The position numbers and the translations under genes are program-made. From Bacteroidaceae bacterium (GTDB lineage Bacteria; Bacteroidota; Bacteroidia; Bacteroidales; Bacteroidaceae), in NCBI GenBank assembly GCA_017521285.1, contig JAFXDG010000131.1:40628-104627 (forward strand): DNA of 64,000 nt, given 5' to 3'. Each line of letters begins with the position of its first letter. Position 1 is the stretch's first letter. Below the pieces are notes generated by a model. It saw only the letters and a list, made by a program, of their open reading frames with translations. It was not told the origin of the DNA and did not search any database. Below, in pieces: positions 1-10,182 of this stretch.

Positions 1-876
1 TATTATAGTGAAGATCACGAAAAGGGACGCCAACGAATCAATTCGTGGATGCGTACGACCAAAATGTTGGATGGCGTTATTGAATTCGACCATGCCGTGC
101 GCGATTCACAGGACACCATCTGCATGAACAAGGAGTTCCTCTTTGAAAACGACTACCTCCACCCCAATGCCAAGGGTTACGAGGCAATGGGTAATATCGT
201 TGACCTCGGTCTTTTCACTACAGACAGGCCATTAGGCGCTGATGAAGAAGACGACAACGAAGGCTTGGTAGGCCAATGGATTGAGGCTGAAAGCCTTGTT
301 ACTCCCACTTGCGGAAACGGCTTTGTAAAGAAAGAAGACCTGGCAGCCTCCAAAGGAAGCTATCTCTATTCTGAAAAGAACATTACCAGTGGAGCACCAG
401 CTGACAGTGCCGATTTATTGGTTGCTCGTTTCAATATCGAGACTGCAGGATACTACAATATCTATGCTCGTGTACAATGTCCTACATGGGACGATGACAG
501 TTATTGGGTAAAAATGGATAATGGAAATTTTTCATTCGCAAACGGTCTTCAATGTGGAAACATGTGGGAATGGAAAAGCCTCTTCGCGGGTAATCTGACT
601 GTTGGTGAACACACGTTCACCATCGGTTGCCGTGAGAATGGTGCTATGATTGACAAACTTTTCATCACGACCAGCGACACTCCTCCATTGGGTATAGGTG
701 GAAGTGAAGAAAAGCCTGATGCTATTGCTGTTACCAAGCAAGAAGCTAAGGCTGTACAAAGCGCCTATTACAATCTGAATGGAATGAAAATACAAGCTCC
801 CCAGTCAGGCATCTACATCCGCCAGACATTGCTGGCCGACGGAGAACGGAAGACTGAGAAGGTAGTAATCAAATAA
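1..876 (+). CDS. 5'-partial secreted SGNH/GDSL esterase with C-terminal CBM-like domain and T9SS-type C-terminal domain
   Basis: Frame is open from base 1 (YYSEDHEKGRQRINSWMRT...). SGNH block V DYLHPN, very similar to the end of the next gene. Then a jelly-roll/CBM-like segment (W-EAE...DDSYW...IDKLFIT) and a YYNLNG...GIYI...KVVIK tail. Confidence 0.8.
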   Translation, partial: YYSEDHEKGRQRINSWMRTTKMLDGVIEFDHAVRDSQDTICMNKEFLFENDYLHPNAKGYEAMGNIVDLGLFTTDRPLGADEEDDNEGLVGQWIEAESLVTPTCGNGFVKKEDLAASKGSYLYSEKNITSGAPADSADLLVARFNIETAGYYNIYARVQCPTWDDDSYWVKMDNGNFSFANGLQCGNMWEWKSLFAGNLTVGEHTFTIGCRENGAMIDKLFITTSDTPPLGIGGSEEKPDAIAVTKQEAKAVQSAYYNLNGMKIQAPQSGIYIRQTLLADGERKTEKVVIK

Positions 877-892
877 CATAAACTGACACATC

Positions 893-2113
893 ATGAACAA
901 ACATTTCTATACCATAAAGTTTGCAGGAATTCTGCTGATGCTCCTCACTATCGTTTCATGTACAGAATCAGCACCCACTCATTGGGTTGGCACATGGGGG
1001 GCAGCCCGACAATTGGTAGAGCCACATAACAATCCACCTGCTCCAGGATTGGAAGGTAATTCTTTTCGTCAGATTGTACAAGTTTCCATCGGTGGTGAAA
1101 CCGCTCGTTTGAGGCTGTCCAATGAATTCAGTACTGATTCTACTGAAATTCTGGCCATTGAAATGGCACATGCCATGACAGAAGGTGCCAGCTATGAGAT
1201 TGATGAAAGCACCACCGTCAGCCTCACTTTCGATGGCAAGCCTAATGTAACTATGGCTGCAGGTGCTACTGCCACATCTGACCCCATCAAGTTCCCGATG
1301 AATCCCCGTCAGAGTGTAGCTATCACCATTCACTATGGCCATGCTTCATCTACCAGTGTGACTGGTCATCCCAGTTCGCGTACCACCTCTTATTTGGCCG
1401 AAGGGAACACCTGTGATTTCAGTAATGCCATACGCACCGAGCATTGGTACAACATCCGTGGCATTGACGTATTGGCAAGCCTTGAAACAGGCGCTGTAGC
1501 CATCTTGGGCAATTCCATCACCGACGGACGCGGCTCGACCACCAACAACCAGAACCGTTGGCCTGACATTCTTTCTGATCGTCTCTTGGCCAACGAAGCG
1601 ACAAAGAATGTGGCCGTACTCAACATGGGTATCGGTGGCAACTGCATGTTAGGTGGAGGCCTTGGACCCATCGGACGCATCCGTTATACGGCTGACCTGT
1701 TGGAGCAGCCTGGTGTGAAATGGATTATCCTGTTCGAAGCCATCAACGATTTGGGTTGGGCACGCGACGGTGTGGGTTCAGCCAATGCCATTATCGATGT
1801 CTATAAGCAGATTATCAGCGAAGCTCATGCTAAGGGCATCCGCGTCTTCGGTGGTACTATCACCCCGTTCAAAAACAATGGTTACTACACCGAGGATCAT
1901 GAGAAGGGACGCCAACATTTCAACAACTGGATGCGCACCACTCCCCTATTGGATGGCGTTATCGAAATGGAACATGCTGTACGTGATCCGCAAGATACTC
2001 TCAGCATGAATCCTGAATTCCTTTTCGAGAATGATTATCTCCATCCCAATGCCAAGGGCTACGAAGCTATGGGTAACATCGTTGATCTCAATTTATTCAG
2101 TAGCAATAAGTGA
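893..2113 (+). CDS. SGNH/GDSL family esterase, probable lipoprotein (candidate acetyl esterase)
   Basis: Lipobox-like IVSC; SGNH motifs GNSITDG, GIGGN, EAIND, DYLHP. Confidence 0.85.
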   Translation: MNKHFYTIKFAGILLMLLTIVSCTESAPTHWVGTWGAARQLVEPHNNPPAPGLEGNSFRQIVQVSIGGETARLRLSNEFSTDSTEILAIEMAHAMTEGASYEIDESTTVSLTFDGKPNVTMAAGATATSDPIKFPMNPRQSVAITIHYGHASSTSVTGHPSSRTTSYLAEGNTCDFSNAIRTEHWYNIRGIDVLASLETGAVAILGNSITDGRGSTTNNQNRWPDILSDRLLANEATKNVAVLNMGIGGNCMLGGGLGPIGRIRYTADLLEQPGVKWIILFEAINDLGWARDGVGSANAIIDVYKQIISEAHAKGIRVFGGTITPFKNNGYYTEDHEKGRQHFNNWMRTTPLLDGVIEMEHAVRDPQDTLSMNPEFLFENDYLHPNAKGYEAMGNIVDLNLFSSNK

Positions 2114-2136
2114 TGAGCTACAAAAACAATAACACA

Positions 2137-4074
2137 ATGAAAAAACTTTTCTTCATAATGGTTGCTCTGTTGACCGTCCTCTGCGCTAAGGCCGAGGACG
2201 GAAACAGACTTTGGTTACGCCATACTCCCCTGCGTACAGCCCAAGTGACAGGGCCTGAAGGCAAGGCATCAGAAGTTCTCAAACTATATTACGATGGCAA
2301 ACAAGTGACATTGAATCTCGACGCCACCATGCCAGCCAATGACGGCTACAGTATTGCAGGCGATAAAGAGAATGTCACAATCAGTGCCCACACCGAGAAC
2401 GGTTTGCTTTATGGTGCTTTTGCTTTGTTACGTGGCGAACATGGAACATCAGCTCCCTATTTCGGATTGCGTTTGCTCAATCATTGGGACAATCTTGACG
2501 GTTCCATTGAACGTGGCTATGCTGGCGAAAGCATATTCTGGAACGAACGTTTGGAAATCAATCCCCAATTGATAGAGAAATATGCCATGGCCAATGCTTC
2601 CATTGGAATCAATGGTACAGTGCTCAACAATGTGAATGCTTCACCCAAAATGTTGACGGCAGTATATATAAATAAGGTAAAGGAGATTGCAGACATTCTG
2701 CGTCCTTGGGGAATACGCGTTTATATTTCTGTCAACTTTGGTTCCCCAAAAGCCTTGGGCGACTTGGATACAGCAGACCCATTGAACAAGAAGGTACGCC
2801 GTTGGTGGAAACGGAAGGTAGATGAAATCTACCGTACCATCCCCGACTTTGGAGGATTTCTTGTAAAAGCTAATTCAGAAGGACAACCCGGCCCGTTCGA
2901 CTACAACCGCACTCATGCCGACGGTGCCAATATGCTGGCCGATGCATTGAAGCCTCATGGTGGTATTGTCATGTGGCGCAGTTTTGTTTATGGTGCCAAG
3001 CACAAGGGTGAAGACCGTGTGATGCAGGCTGTGTCGGAGTTCAAACCCCACGATGGTGAGTTCCGCGACAATGTTATCTTGCAATCCAAGAATGGGCCGC
3101 TCGACTTCCAGCCTCGTGAACCATACGCACCCATCTTCGACCAGATGAAGAATACCCAACAGATGGCCGAATTGCAAATCACTCAGGAGTACTTGGGACA
3201 TAGCCAGCAGTTGGTTTTCCTGGCTCCCATGTGGGAAGAATTTTTCTCATTCGTCTCTCCTTCCAAATTGAAAGGTATAGCTGGAGTTGCCAACATCGGA
3301 TTGGACACAAATTGGTGTGGACACCATTTTGCTCAGGCAAACTGGTACGCTTTCGGTCGTTTGGCTTGGAACCCCCAACTGACTTCCAAGCAGATTGCCG
3401 ACGAATGGTTGAAGCAGACGTTCATGGATGAAAAATCAAACGTGAAGAGTGAAGAATCAAAAGGAAACGAACGAAGATTCCGCAAAGAGAATGGCAGTCA
3501 GCAACGACGGATCAGACAAGTTCCATTCAAAGATGTCTATGCATCACTGCTCGATATGATGTTGCGCAGCCGCGAGGCTTGTGTGGACTACATGATGCCC
3601 ATCGGCCTGCACCACATCTTCAAGTTCGACCACCATTATGGCCCCCAGCCCGACGGCTTCATTGCCAGCTATCCGCTCGAATGGTGTCCCGTTTATTATC
3701 ATCAGGCCGATAAGAATGGTGTAGGTTTCGACCGCACCTCACGTGGAAGTGGTGCAACTCTGCAATACCCCGAACCGTATCGCACGCAATATGATGACTT
3801 GGCAACTTGTCCCGAAGAATATCTTCTTTGGTTCCACCATGTGCCTTGGAATCACAAAATGAAAAGCGGTCGTACACTCATCGAAGAGATGGAGTTCCGT
3901 TATCAGCGCGGTGTCAATGAGGTGATTGATTTCATCGCCATTTGGCAACAAGCCAAGCCTTACATCGATGCCCAACGTTGGCAGGAGGTGAACGACCGCC
4001 TCACCACCCAACTCGTCGATGCCCGCGAATGGCAACAGGTTTGCACCAAGTATTTCGGCAGTTTCACCCGATAA
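2137..4074 (+). CDS. aguA: GH67 alpha-glucuronidase
   Basis: EDG-RLWLR N-terminus, NHWDNLDGSIERGYAG, KANSEGQPGP, KNGPLDFQPREP, ELQITQEYLG. Start MKKLFF with signal peptide chosen over the upstream GTG/ATG. Confidence 0.93.
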   Translation: MKKLFFIMVALLTVLCAKAEDGNRLWLRHTPLRTAQVTGPEGKASEVLKLYYDGKQVTLNLDATMPANDGYSIAGDKENVTISAHTENGLLYGAFALLRGEHGTSAPYFGLRLLNHWDNLDGSIERGYAGESIFWNERLEINPQLIEKYAMANASIGINGTVLNNVNASPKMLTAVYINKVKEIADILRPWGIRVYISVNFGSPKALGDLDTADPLNKKVRRWWKRKVDEIYRTIPDFGGFLVKANSEGQPGPFDYNRTHADGANMLADALKPHGGIVMWRSFVYGAKHKGEDRVMQAVSEFKPHDGEFRDNVILQSKNGPLDFQPREPYAPIFDQMKNTQQMAELQITQEYLGHSQQLVFLAPMWEEFFSFVSPSKLKGIAGVANIGLDTNWCGHHFAQANWYAFGRLAWNPQLTSKQIADEWLKQTFMDEKSNVKSEESKGNERRFRKENGSQQRRIRQVPFKDVYASLLDMMLRSREACVDYMMPIGLHHIFKFDHHYGPQPDGFIASYPLEWCPVYYHQADKNGVGFDRTSRGSGATLQYPEPYRTQYDDLATCPEEYLLWFHHVPWNHKMKSGRTLIEEMEFRYQRGVNEVIDFIAIWQQAKPYIDAQRWQEVNDRLTTQLVDAREWQQVCTKYFGSFTR

Positions 4075-4096
4075 GCGAAACTGAGCTATAAATACG

Positions 4097-4160
4097 ACAT
4101 ACGGACGTTGAGCCTCCAAAAGATTCCCATCTTATGCGCTCAACGTCCGTATGTTGGTTT
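4097..4160 (+). terminator. Intrinsic terminator-like hairpin after aguA
   Basis: 17-bp perfect inverted repeat acatacggacgttgagc (4097-4113) / gctcaacgtccgtatgt (4138-4154), followed by a T-rich tract. Confidence 0.65.
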
Positions 4161-4324
4161 TATGTGATTCTTCTTTAATAAATCTAAGCAATTTTACAAA
4201 TTTGCACTGAACAAAGTGCAAATTACAACAAAAAATGCACTCTACATAGTGCAAATTCCTTATTTTGGATAATTTTGAAAGGCCATACAAGTCACTCGTC
4301 AAAAAACATCTTACACCTTACTTC

Positions 4325-4387
4325 TGCACTTCCATACTCCACGCTTGGATTTCCATACTCCATGCGTGCACTTCCATACTATACAGC
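4325..4387. repeat. Three 21-bp tandem repeats
   Basis: tgcacttccatactccacgct / tggatttccatactccatgcg / tgcacttccatactatacagc. Confidence 0.8.
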
Positions 4388-4453
4388 GTTCTGCTCCGTA
4401 CTATATTCGTTGCGTCCTCGCACTATTATGTTATACTCTTCGGCAGAATAGTA

Positions 4454-4501
4454 TTAACTCCGCTCGCAAACCGAACAAACTCGGTAGGCGAACGGAGTTA
4501 A
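4454..4501. repeat. 48-bp REP-like palindrome, copy 1
   Basis: ttaactccg...cggagttaa hairpin. Its reverse complement matches 32435-32482 at 43/48 positions. Confidence 0.85.
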
Positions 4502-4557
4502 CAGTTTGTGGTTGTAAAACATCTTGCGAATATTACAACCATTGACAATGTAATTCT

Positions 4558-6771
4558 TTACTCAATCAAGCTTATCACCTTTCGCTCTCCTGTCTCTGCA
4601 TTATAGACTTCCACTTTTGACTTGTCGTCTTTGACAAAAGTAATACTATCATAGATGAAAGGGATTTTCTCTTTCCCTTTGTCTTCTTCTGAATCGTAAT
4701 TATAAGGAATAACGCCCCATTTATTGCTGGATAGTTGTCTGACAATAATGTATGCAACTTCATCATTTTCATATACATGGTCATCATAAGAAACATTATC
4801 CATATCCAAACCATCATATGAGTTGTTAATGTCTAATAAGTCTCCCCAATCGTCTCGAACCCATTCATAATGATTTTCTATATTCAGATATTCCAAGCCT
4901 GTAACATAATGTTTCTGAATTAATTCTATCCCCACAAAAGGGACTGTTCCTTCTGGTCCAGTTCCTATTCTCCAATCCAATGCCATTGGAATATATCCCT
5001 CCAAATTACGAAAAACAGGTTCATCATAATACTCACCGTGATATAAATCAATCTTCCCATCCTTATGTGCCGCATAAGGGAACCTGTCACCTCGCTCATA
5101 GCCCGATAAACTGTCGTATTCGCACGGAACGACTATCTCACCCGCTGCATTCTGATAACCATATTTACCGTCCACGCATATCGGGAATAATGATTGTTTC
5201 ACCTTGGTTATATTGGCTGTGTCTTTTTGCTCTCCATCGATGGGTATAACTTCGTCCTTCGTTTCGGTATCGGCAGACACGTCAATGGTGTATTCTTTCC
5301 CATATACATTCCGCTTCAACACCGTTGCCATAATGTTGTTACTGTCAACCGTCGGCATACTTTTTCCGATGGGAGCATCAATGTAAGTGGGGTCGCAGAT
5401 GATGAAGCGACGATTGTCTATAACAAGATAATCGCCTTGTACTTCTTCGTTAAAACATACAGCTGTTGCCAAATGTCCGGGATAATAGACAAGTGCCACA
5501 TCCAACCCTAAAAGATCGCGTATCAAGTGAGAATATAATATGGCACGGTCTTCACAGTCACTGTAGGGATAGTGCATTGTTTCTTCTGCAAAAAAGGCGC
5601 GTTCCTTACCCCACTGCTCTTCATCGTATCCATACTCAAAAGCCGTCTGCACAAAGTTGAGCAGTCGGTTTGCAGCATCCTCTTCGGACATTCCGTTCAA
5701 CTGTGCTATCAATGCAGGATACAGTTTGTCTCTCGTCTCTTTGCTAAGCGGAGTTTGGGCATACATAGCCCATCGTGTCATCATGTTACCTCCGAACTCT
5801 GAATCAGGATAACTGTCAAAGAACAACAATAGATTTTTATTGGTATATACTTCAGCTTGCATCTCTGGATAACGCTTCGATTGCAACATGCGGCTGTCTG
5901 TATATTCCATATCCAATGATGGCGTCTGCTCCATCCATAGTGACAGAGCCTGCTCATTGGGGAACGAGGCTTCGCATATATATAGTGGAGCATTATTGTT
6001 CTTATCCAACAGATAATAAGATTCTCCGTTTATTACAAAATATTTGTAGTTATATATCGCATGACGGCATGCAACGAGAAGATAGAGCCGCTGCTTATCG
6101 TGTGCCAATCGCATTTTGTATCCTGATTGACAATAAAGGTAAGCCGTCAATAAAGTCGCTTCATTGGTGTTTTCCCCAAAGAATTGATGTCCCAAATCCT
6201 GTAACATCTGCAAATAGACCCAATCGCACAATCCATGGCGAATGCGAAGTTCCAAGCAATCCCGAATTATATTGTCAGATTTTCCATCGGAGAGAAATCT
6301 CCATCCATTAGCCACATCCATTTCAGTGGAACCATTCAATGTGAAACGATGTTCATCGGTTAATCTTACTTCTCCTTTTGTTCCATAGAATTGGAAGACA
6401 AACTGTTTTTCCATAGGTTGAGGTTGCTCTCTGATTGGCTCTACAGGTTTTGGTTGTGGTATCGGTGGAACTGTTGCAACTATATTCAAGTAGGGCAATT
6501 GCTTGTCTTTGACATTATCCTTTTCCTTGTCGTAAGGAATAAGTGGTATCGGTTTGTCCTTAGTGGGGGGTAATTTCGGAGGAAGGCCGTTGAATCGCCG
6601 CCACGCATCCTTCATAAACTCAGCATATTCCTCGTTGCACTGACGACGAAAGCTGCTGTACTCCTCCTTTGTCTGTTTACGGAAAGAGGAGTAGATTTCT
6701 TCAAAGTTTTGAGCGAATACACTAATTGAAGTCAAAGACAAAGCTACACCAAGGAAAACACGTTTATACAT
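4558..6771 (-). CDS. Exported transglutaminase-like (Cys-His-Asp) protein with C-terminal WG-repeat-like region
   Basis: Signal peptide; SDCEDRA, YPGHLATAV and ICDPTY triad motifs; KYGY...G.IVVPCEYD and KWGVI...IPFIYD WG-like repeats. Confidence 0.75.
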   Translation of the reverse strand: MYKRVFLGVALSLTSISVFAQNFEEIYSSFRKQTKEEYSSFRRQCNEEYAEFMKDAWRRFNGLPPKLPPTKDKPIPLIPYDKEKDNVKDKQLPYLNIVATVPPIPQPKPVEPIREQPQPMEKQFVFQFYGTKGEVRLTDEHRFTLNGSTEMDVANGWRFLSDGKSDNIIRDCLELRIRHGLCDWVYLQMLQDLGHQFFGENTNEATLLTAYLYCQSGYKMRLAHDKQRLYLLVACRHAIYNYKYFVINGESYYLLDKNNNAPLYICEASFPNEQALSLWMEQTPSLDMEYTDSRMLQSKRYPEMQAEVYTNKNLLLFFDSYPDSEFGGNMMTRWAMYAQTPLSKETRDKLYPALIAQLNGMSEEDAANRLLNFVQTAFEYGYDEEQWGKERAFFAEETMHYPYSDCEDRAILYSHLIRDLLGLDVALVYYPGHLATAVCFNEEVQGDYLVIDNRRFIICDPTYIDAPIGKSMPTVDSNNIMATVLKRNVYGKEYTIDVSADTETKDEVIPIDGEQKDTANITKVKQSLFPICVDGKYGYQNAAGEIVVPCEYDSLSGYERGDRFPYAAHKDGKIDLYHGEYYDEPVFRNLEGYIPMALDWRIGTGPEGTVPFVGIELIQKHYVTGLEYLNIENHYEWVRDDWGDLLDINNSYDGLDMDNVSYDDHVYENDEVAYIIVRQLSSNKWGVIPYNYDSEEDKGKEKIPFIYDSITFVKDDKSKVEVYNAETGERKVISLIE

Positions 6772-6798
6772 AATTCACTATCTATACAAATTACTTTT

Positions 6799-7671
6799 TT
6801 ATTCTTTTATCACTAATGAAGAGTTTAATACTTGCATCTCCTTATCTCTATTTCTTCCTTTTACCAGCCACTTTTGAAATTCCTCGAATGAAAGTTCTTG
6901 TGGAAGCAATTCATCTACATAATTTGAGTTAGCCTTCGCAAATTCGTTGGGGGAGAATATTATATATAAGGTATTATGCTCCTGCGGACGGCTACACGTC
7001 ATGGTATATTCATCTACCAAATGAGCATTCTCTTCGGCATGAGCAGTTGAAAAGAAAATATAAGGTTTGTCATGCTTGATAGGGGTTGTAGTTTGCGATG
7101 AACTCTTATAGGGAAGCAAGCAATAGACCATTTGACTGATATCGTCGAGCAAATAAACAGCTAAATAGCCATTTACGGGTGATTGGAAGTAAAGATAAAG
7201 CTCATCACCACTCTTGAAGTCGGTACGGGCAAATTTCAAATCGGTACCATTACAAAGCACTTCTGCCTTAATGTCAATCTGTGCACGGACAATCTCACGG
7301 ATTCGTCCGTGCACTGCCACCTTCACCACCAACATCCCTTGTTCGTAGCTGATGGCATATTCTGGTTCACCAATGGTTTCTATCCACTCACCTTTCACTT
7401 CGCTACCACCCAATGAAAAGAAGTCAATGTTTGATTCCCCGTTTTGATTACTTACGAAAGTGGCATTGTTCTGAGATACTACCGTTCCGAACTCATCTGC
7501 AATGGCCTGTATCTTGGCACGCTCCAATGCTGTACGCTTGGCGGCCTCTAAGGTTACATTCTCGGGAGCATCATAGGTGTACTCTGCACGTACACGTTCT
7601 GTCCGTTGTGCACATAGCACAACGGAATACAGAAACAGGCATACGGTGAAAGATAGACGGAATCGTTTCAT
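6799..7671 (-). CDS. Exported DUF4384-like domain protein
   Basis: Signal peptide from MKRFRL. N-terminal AKRTALERAKIQAIADEFG segment; C-terminal FKSGDELYLYFQSPVNGYLAVYL...YCLLP resembles DUF4384. Confidence 0.65.
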   Translation of the reverse strand: MKRFRLSFTVCLFLYSVVLCAQRTERVRAEYTYDAPENVTLEAAKRTALERAKIQAIADEFGTVVSQNNATFVSNQNGESNIDFFSLGGSEVKGEWIETIGEPEYAISYEQGMLVVKVAVHGRIREIVRAQIDIKAEVLCNGTDLKFARTDFKSGDELYLYFQSPVNGYLAVYLLDDISQMVYCLLPYKSSSQTTTPIKHDKPYIFFSTAHAEENAHLVDEYTMTCSRPQEHNTLYIIFSPNEFAKANSNYVDELLPQELSFEEFQKWLVKGRNRDKEMQVLNSSLVIKE

Positions 7672-7678
7672 ATTTGCT

Positions 7679-8356
7679 TTACCAACCAAGAAGTTTGTCC
7701 AACTGTTTGTGCAGGTCGTCCCCCTTCTTCTCAAGGTCTTCTTTTACAGCCTTCAGGGCTACCTTCTTTGCCATTTCGCCATTGTAAGCAATACGCAGAA
7801 GCACCTCTTTGTTCTTGTTTTTCAATGTTCGATACACTTCCGTCACTGTAATGGTACGACCAATGCTTTGCGAAATCAAGTTCTTGCTGGCCATCACACT
7901 ACTGGTAATACTTGCAGCCTGCTCCGTTTCCAATTGTTTATTGGCTACGGTGTTCTCAATCAAAGCAGTCACTTCAGTTTGTATCTGTCCCGCCAAATTC
8001 TGCTTAGCCAATTCTAACGCCTGCATCTTGGCCGCATCGTAGTTGCTACCAATGCTCATGGCCTCCCCCATCAGGTATTTGGGGAACATATCTTTGTCAT
8101 ACTCATACTGCATCATGTACGACTTGTCCAACTGCTTCTCCAATGGCAAGGCACCGGGAGCGACCAACCATCCTTGTTTTTTCAGTTTTTTAGCTTCTTT
8201 GCGAGCTGCCTTCGAAGCTTTTTCATTCAACTCGGCTTTTGATGCCTTCATCAGTTCTTTACGTTCTTTTGCCAATTCTTTTGCAGATTGTGCAAAACTC
8301 TCTGTTACTCCTGCAAACAGGAACAATGCCATAACGGCAATCATCATTTTTTTCAT
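7679..8356 (-). CDS. Exported LPP20-like protein
   Basis: Signal peptide (..ESFA/Q); G-A-S-G-NYDAAKMQALELAKQNLAGQIQT-V pattern typical of LPP20-like domains. Confidence 0.6.
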   Translation of the reverse strand: MKKMMIAVMALFLFAGVTESFAQSAKELAKERKELMKASKAELNEKASKAARKEAKKLKKQGWLVAPGALPLEKQLDKSYMMQYEYDKDMFPKYLMGEAMSIGSNYDAAKMQALELAKQNLAGQIQTEVTALIENTVANKQLETEQAASITSSVMASKNLISQSIGRTITVTEVYRTLKNKNKEVLLRIAYNGEMAKKVALKAVKEDLEKKGDDLHKQLDKLLGW

Positions 8357-8394
8357 TGTAAATTCATTTTATGTTAACAAATTCATGTGATAGT

Positions 8395-9357
8395 TTATTC
8401 GCATACAGGACGGATACTCCGTCCGTAATGGCGATAACTCCAATATGTTTTGGGTACATTATCATCATAGACATCAAATCCGAAACAATAAGCTGATATA
8501 TAATCATCATTATAGAGGTAGGGTTGAGAAGTCCAATAAATACCTTTCTCTCCAATATTGTAAGTAAAGTTATCTTCTTTCAATCCTGTAGCTGGGAGAA
8601 ATATACTTTTACCATTAGGACCTACTACTTTATAGCCTTTGTGACCACCTTGAGTTGTCCATGTCCATGTACATTTGTTAATCAACTCTTTACACTCTTC
8701 TCTGGATGGTAAACGCCAATTTTCTCCCCAGTCGGCATAAGCTACATCACGTTTAAAATGACCTGCAATGTCTCCAATATCCCGATTATAAGTTTCACTG
8801 TTTTCTTCTGTATAGCTGTCTTTTGTATAAATTTCGCCCCAAGCGAAATAATCACCATAACCCTCAGAAGAATCAGCTCCGACATTACGATCTGCCCATT
8901 TTATGGAAAGACCAAGGTCAACAGCTTTGCCTTTTTCTTTAGTTGTAAATTCTTTTACCGCTCCTTCCAATACAATATCACTATCTGAAACCCCGATATT
9001 TGTAACTTTGAACTTATAATAGTAAGTAGTACCTTCATCCAATCTTTCCACTTTGGCGTAATATGTATTACCGCCCTCATGACCTGCATTCACACGAATA
9101 CAATTTGTGAAAGTCTTTGATTTGGATATCAGAAATTCTTTTCTTACAAAATAATTTTCATTATAATAATAATCACCATAATGATAAAGGCCCCCATATA
9201 ACTCCCCTGTAAGATAGGCTGTAGTCACGCTTACATTTTCAGCAGAACACGTATATGGGCTTGGCACATTATATACAGGTTCTTCTACATCTTGACAGCT
9301 ACACAGAGCCAAGCAAACCAACACAATCTGTAAAATAAAGTATTTTGTTCTTCTCAT
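8395..9357 (-). CDS. Lipoprotein with FN3-like and DUF1566/Fib_succ_major-like domain
   Basis: Lipobox LCSC; AVDLGLSIKWADRNVGA, GDYFAWGE, WRLPS..E..EL, SIFLPATG, G.SIRPV. Confidence 0.8.
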   Translation of the reverse strand: MRRTKYFILQIVLVCLALCSCQDVEEPVYNVPSPYTCSAENVSVTTAYLTGELYGGLYHYGDYYYNENYFVRKEFLISKSKTFTNCIRVNAGHEGGNTYYAKVERLDEGTTYYYKFKVTNIGVSDSDIVLEGAVKEFTTKEKGKAVDLGLSIKWADRNVGADSSEGYGDYFAWGEIYTKDSYTEENSETYNRDIGDIAGHFKRDVAYADWGENWRLPSREECKELINKCTWTWTTQGGHKGYKVVGPNGKSIFLPATGLKEDNFTYNIGEKGIYWTSQPYLYNDDYISAYCFGFDVYDDNVPKTYWSYRHYGRSIRPVCE

Positions 9358-9376
9358 GATAATTTAAATTTAAAAA

Positions 9377-10162
9377 TTAAAAACAATATCCTACACCAAC
9401 ACAACCAACACAATCCATTTGGCTTTTTAAATCCTTTGCAGTCATCATTGTTCCAATATTAATGGTTAGATTTATACCCAACTCTATCATAGTTCCAGCT
9501 TCAATGGCACATCTTTCATAAGAATAGAAACTACGTTCACCGTCAATTTCAATCCAAGAACCATCAACCAATTCCCAAGCAATCTGGCGATTGGCATATC
9601 CCATTCCGCCATAGAAGTAAATAGGACAACCTAATCTGACAATAACACCACCTGTAATGGCACCAAAACTACGGTTTTCATCACCTGTAGTCCATGCATA
9701 ATAACCACTACTTTCTCCGTCTGTTGATTTTCTTGGGCTATACACACCCTTGACATACCAACCAATGTTCTTTACACGGCCTACCATTAATCCCAATGAA
9801 GGATTGAACAATCCCCACTCGGGGAATGCCCCTTGTAATGATAGCAACCAACGATATTTGTCCGGCTTGGCGTTCCACCAGTTGGTATTGGACAGTTCTA
9901 CTACCATGTCGGGGGTGATTTTCTTTACGGCTGTTCGCATTCCTGCATACTGTACTTTCACTTTCTTTGCAGGAACAAGCGTTTCAATGCGATACGTTCC
10001 ATCCAATTCGGTGATACACATCTCTGTACTGCCTACGATTTCCACTTTGGCGCCAGGTATGGGGTTGCCTTCATTGTCAATCACCGTACCGCTAACTGTT
10101 TGTTGGGCGGATACGATAAGGCTTGTCATCAGCAAGCCAATCAATAAGAATAATTTTCTCAT
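9377..10162 (-). CDS. Carboxypeptidase-regulatory-like domain plus probable small outer-membrane beta-barrel
   Basis: VSGTVID.EGNPIPGA.V...TELDGTY; amphipathic beta-strands; ends GVGYCF (terminal Phe, BAM-signal-like). Confidence 0.7.
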   Translation of the reverse strand: MRKLFLLIGLLMTSLIVSAQQTVSGTVIDNEGNPIPGAKVEIVGSTEMCITELDGTYRIETLVPAKKVKVQYAGMRTAVKKITPDMVVELSNTNWWNAKPDKYRWLLSLQGAFPEWGLFNPSLGLMVGRVKNIGWYVKGVYSPRKSTDGESSGYYAWTTGDENRSFGAITGGVIVRLGCPIYFYGGMGYANRQIAWELVDGSWIEIDGERSFYSYERCAIEAGTMIELGINLTINIGTMMTAKDLKSQMDCVGCVGVGYCF

Positions 10163-10182
10163 TTTGCTTTAGATTTATTATA

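Noticed and set aside
4325-4387. Possible CRISPR array (also the 22-bp periodic repeats at 16466-16564)
   Set aside because: Contiguous degenerate tandem units with no unique spacers, and no cas genes in the window.
4265-4545. Short ORFs 4265-4501 and 4345-4545
   Set aside because: They run through tandem repeats and a palindrome, have TTG starts and no protein-like features.
8395-9357. DUF1566/CLec-like protein as a diversity-generating retroelement target
   Set aside because: No reverse transcriptase and no template repeat of its 3' end were seen in the window.
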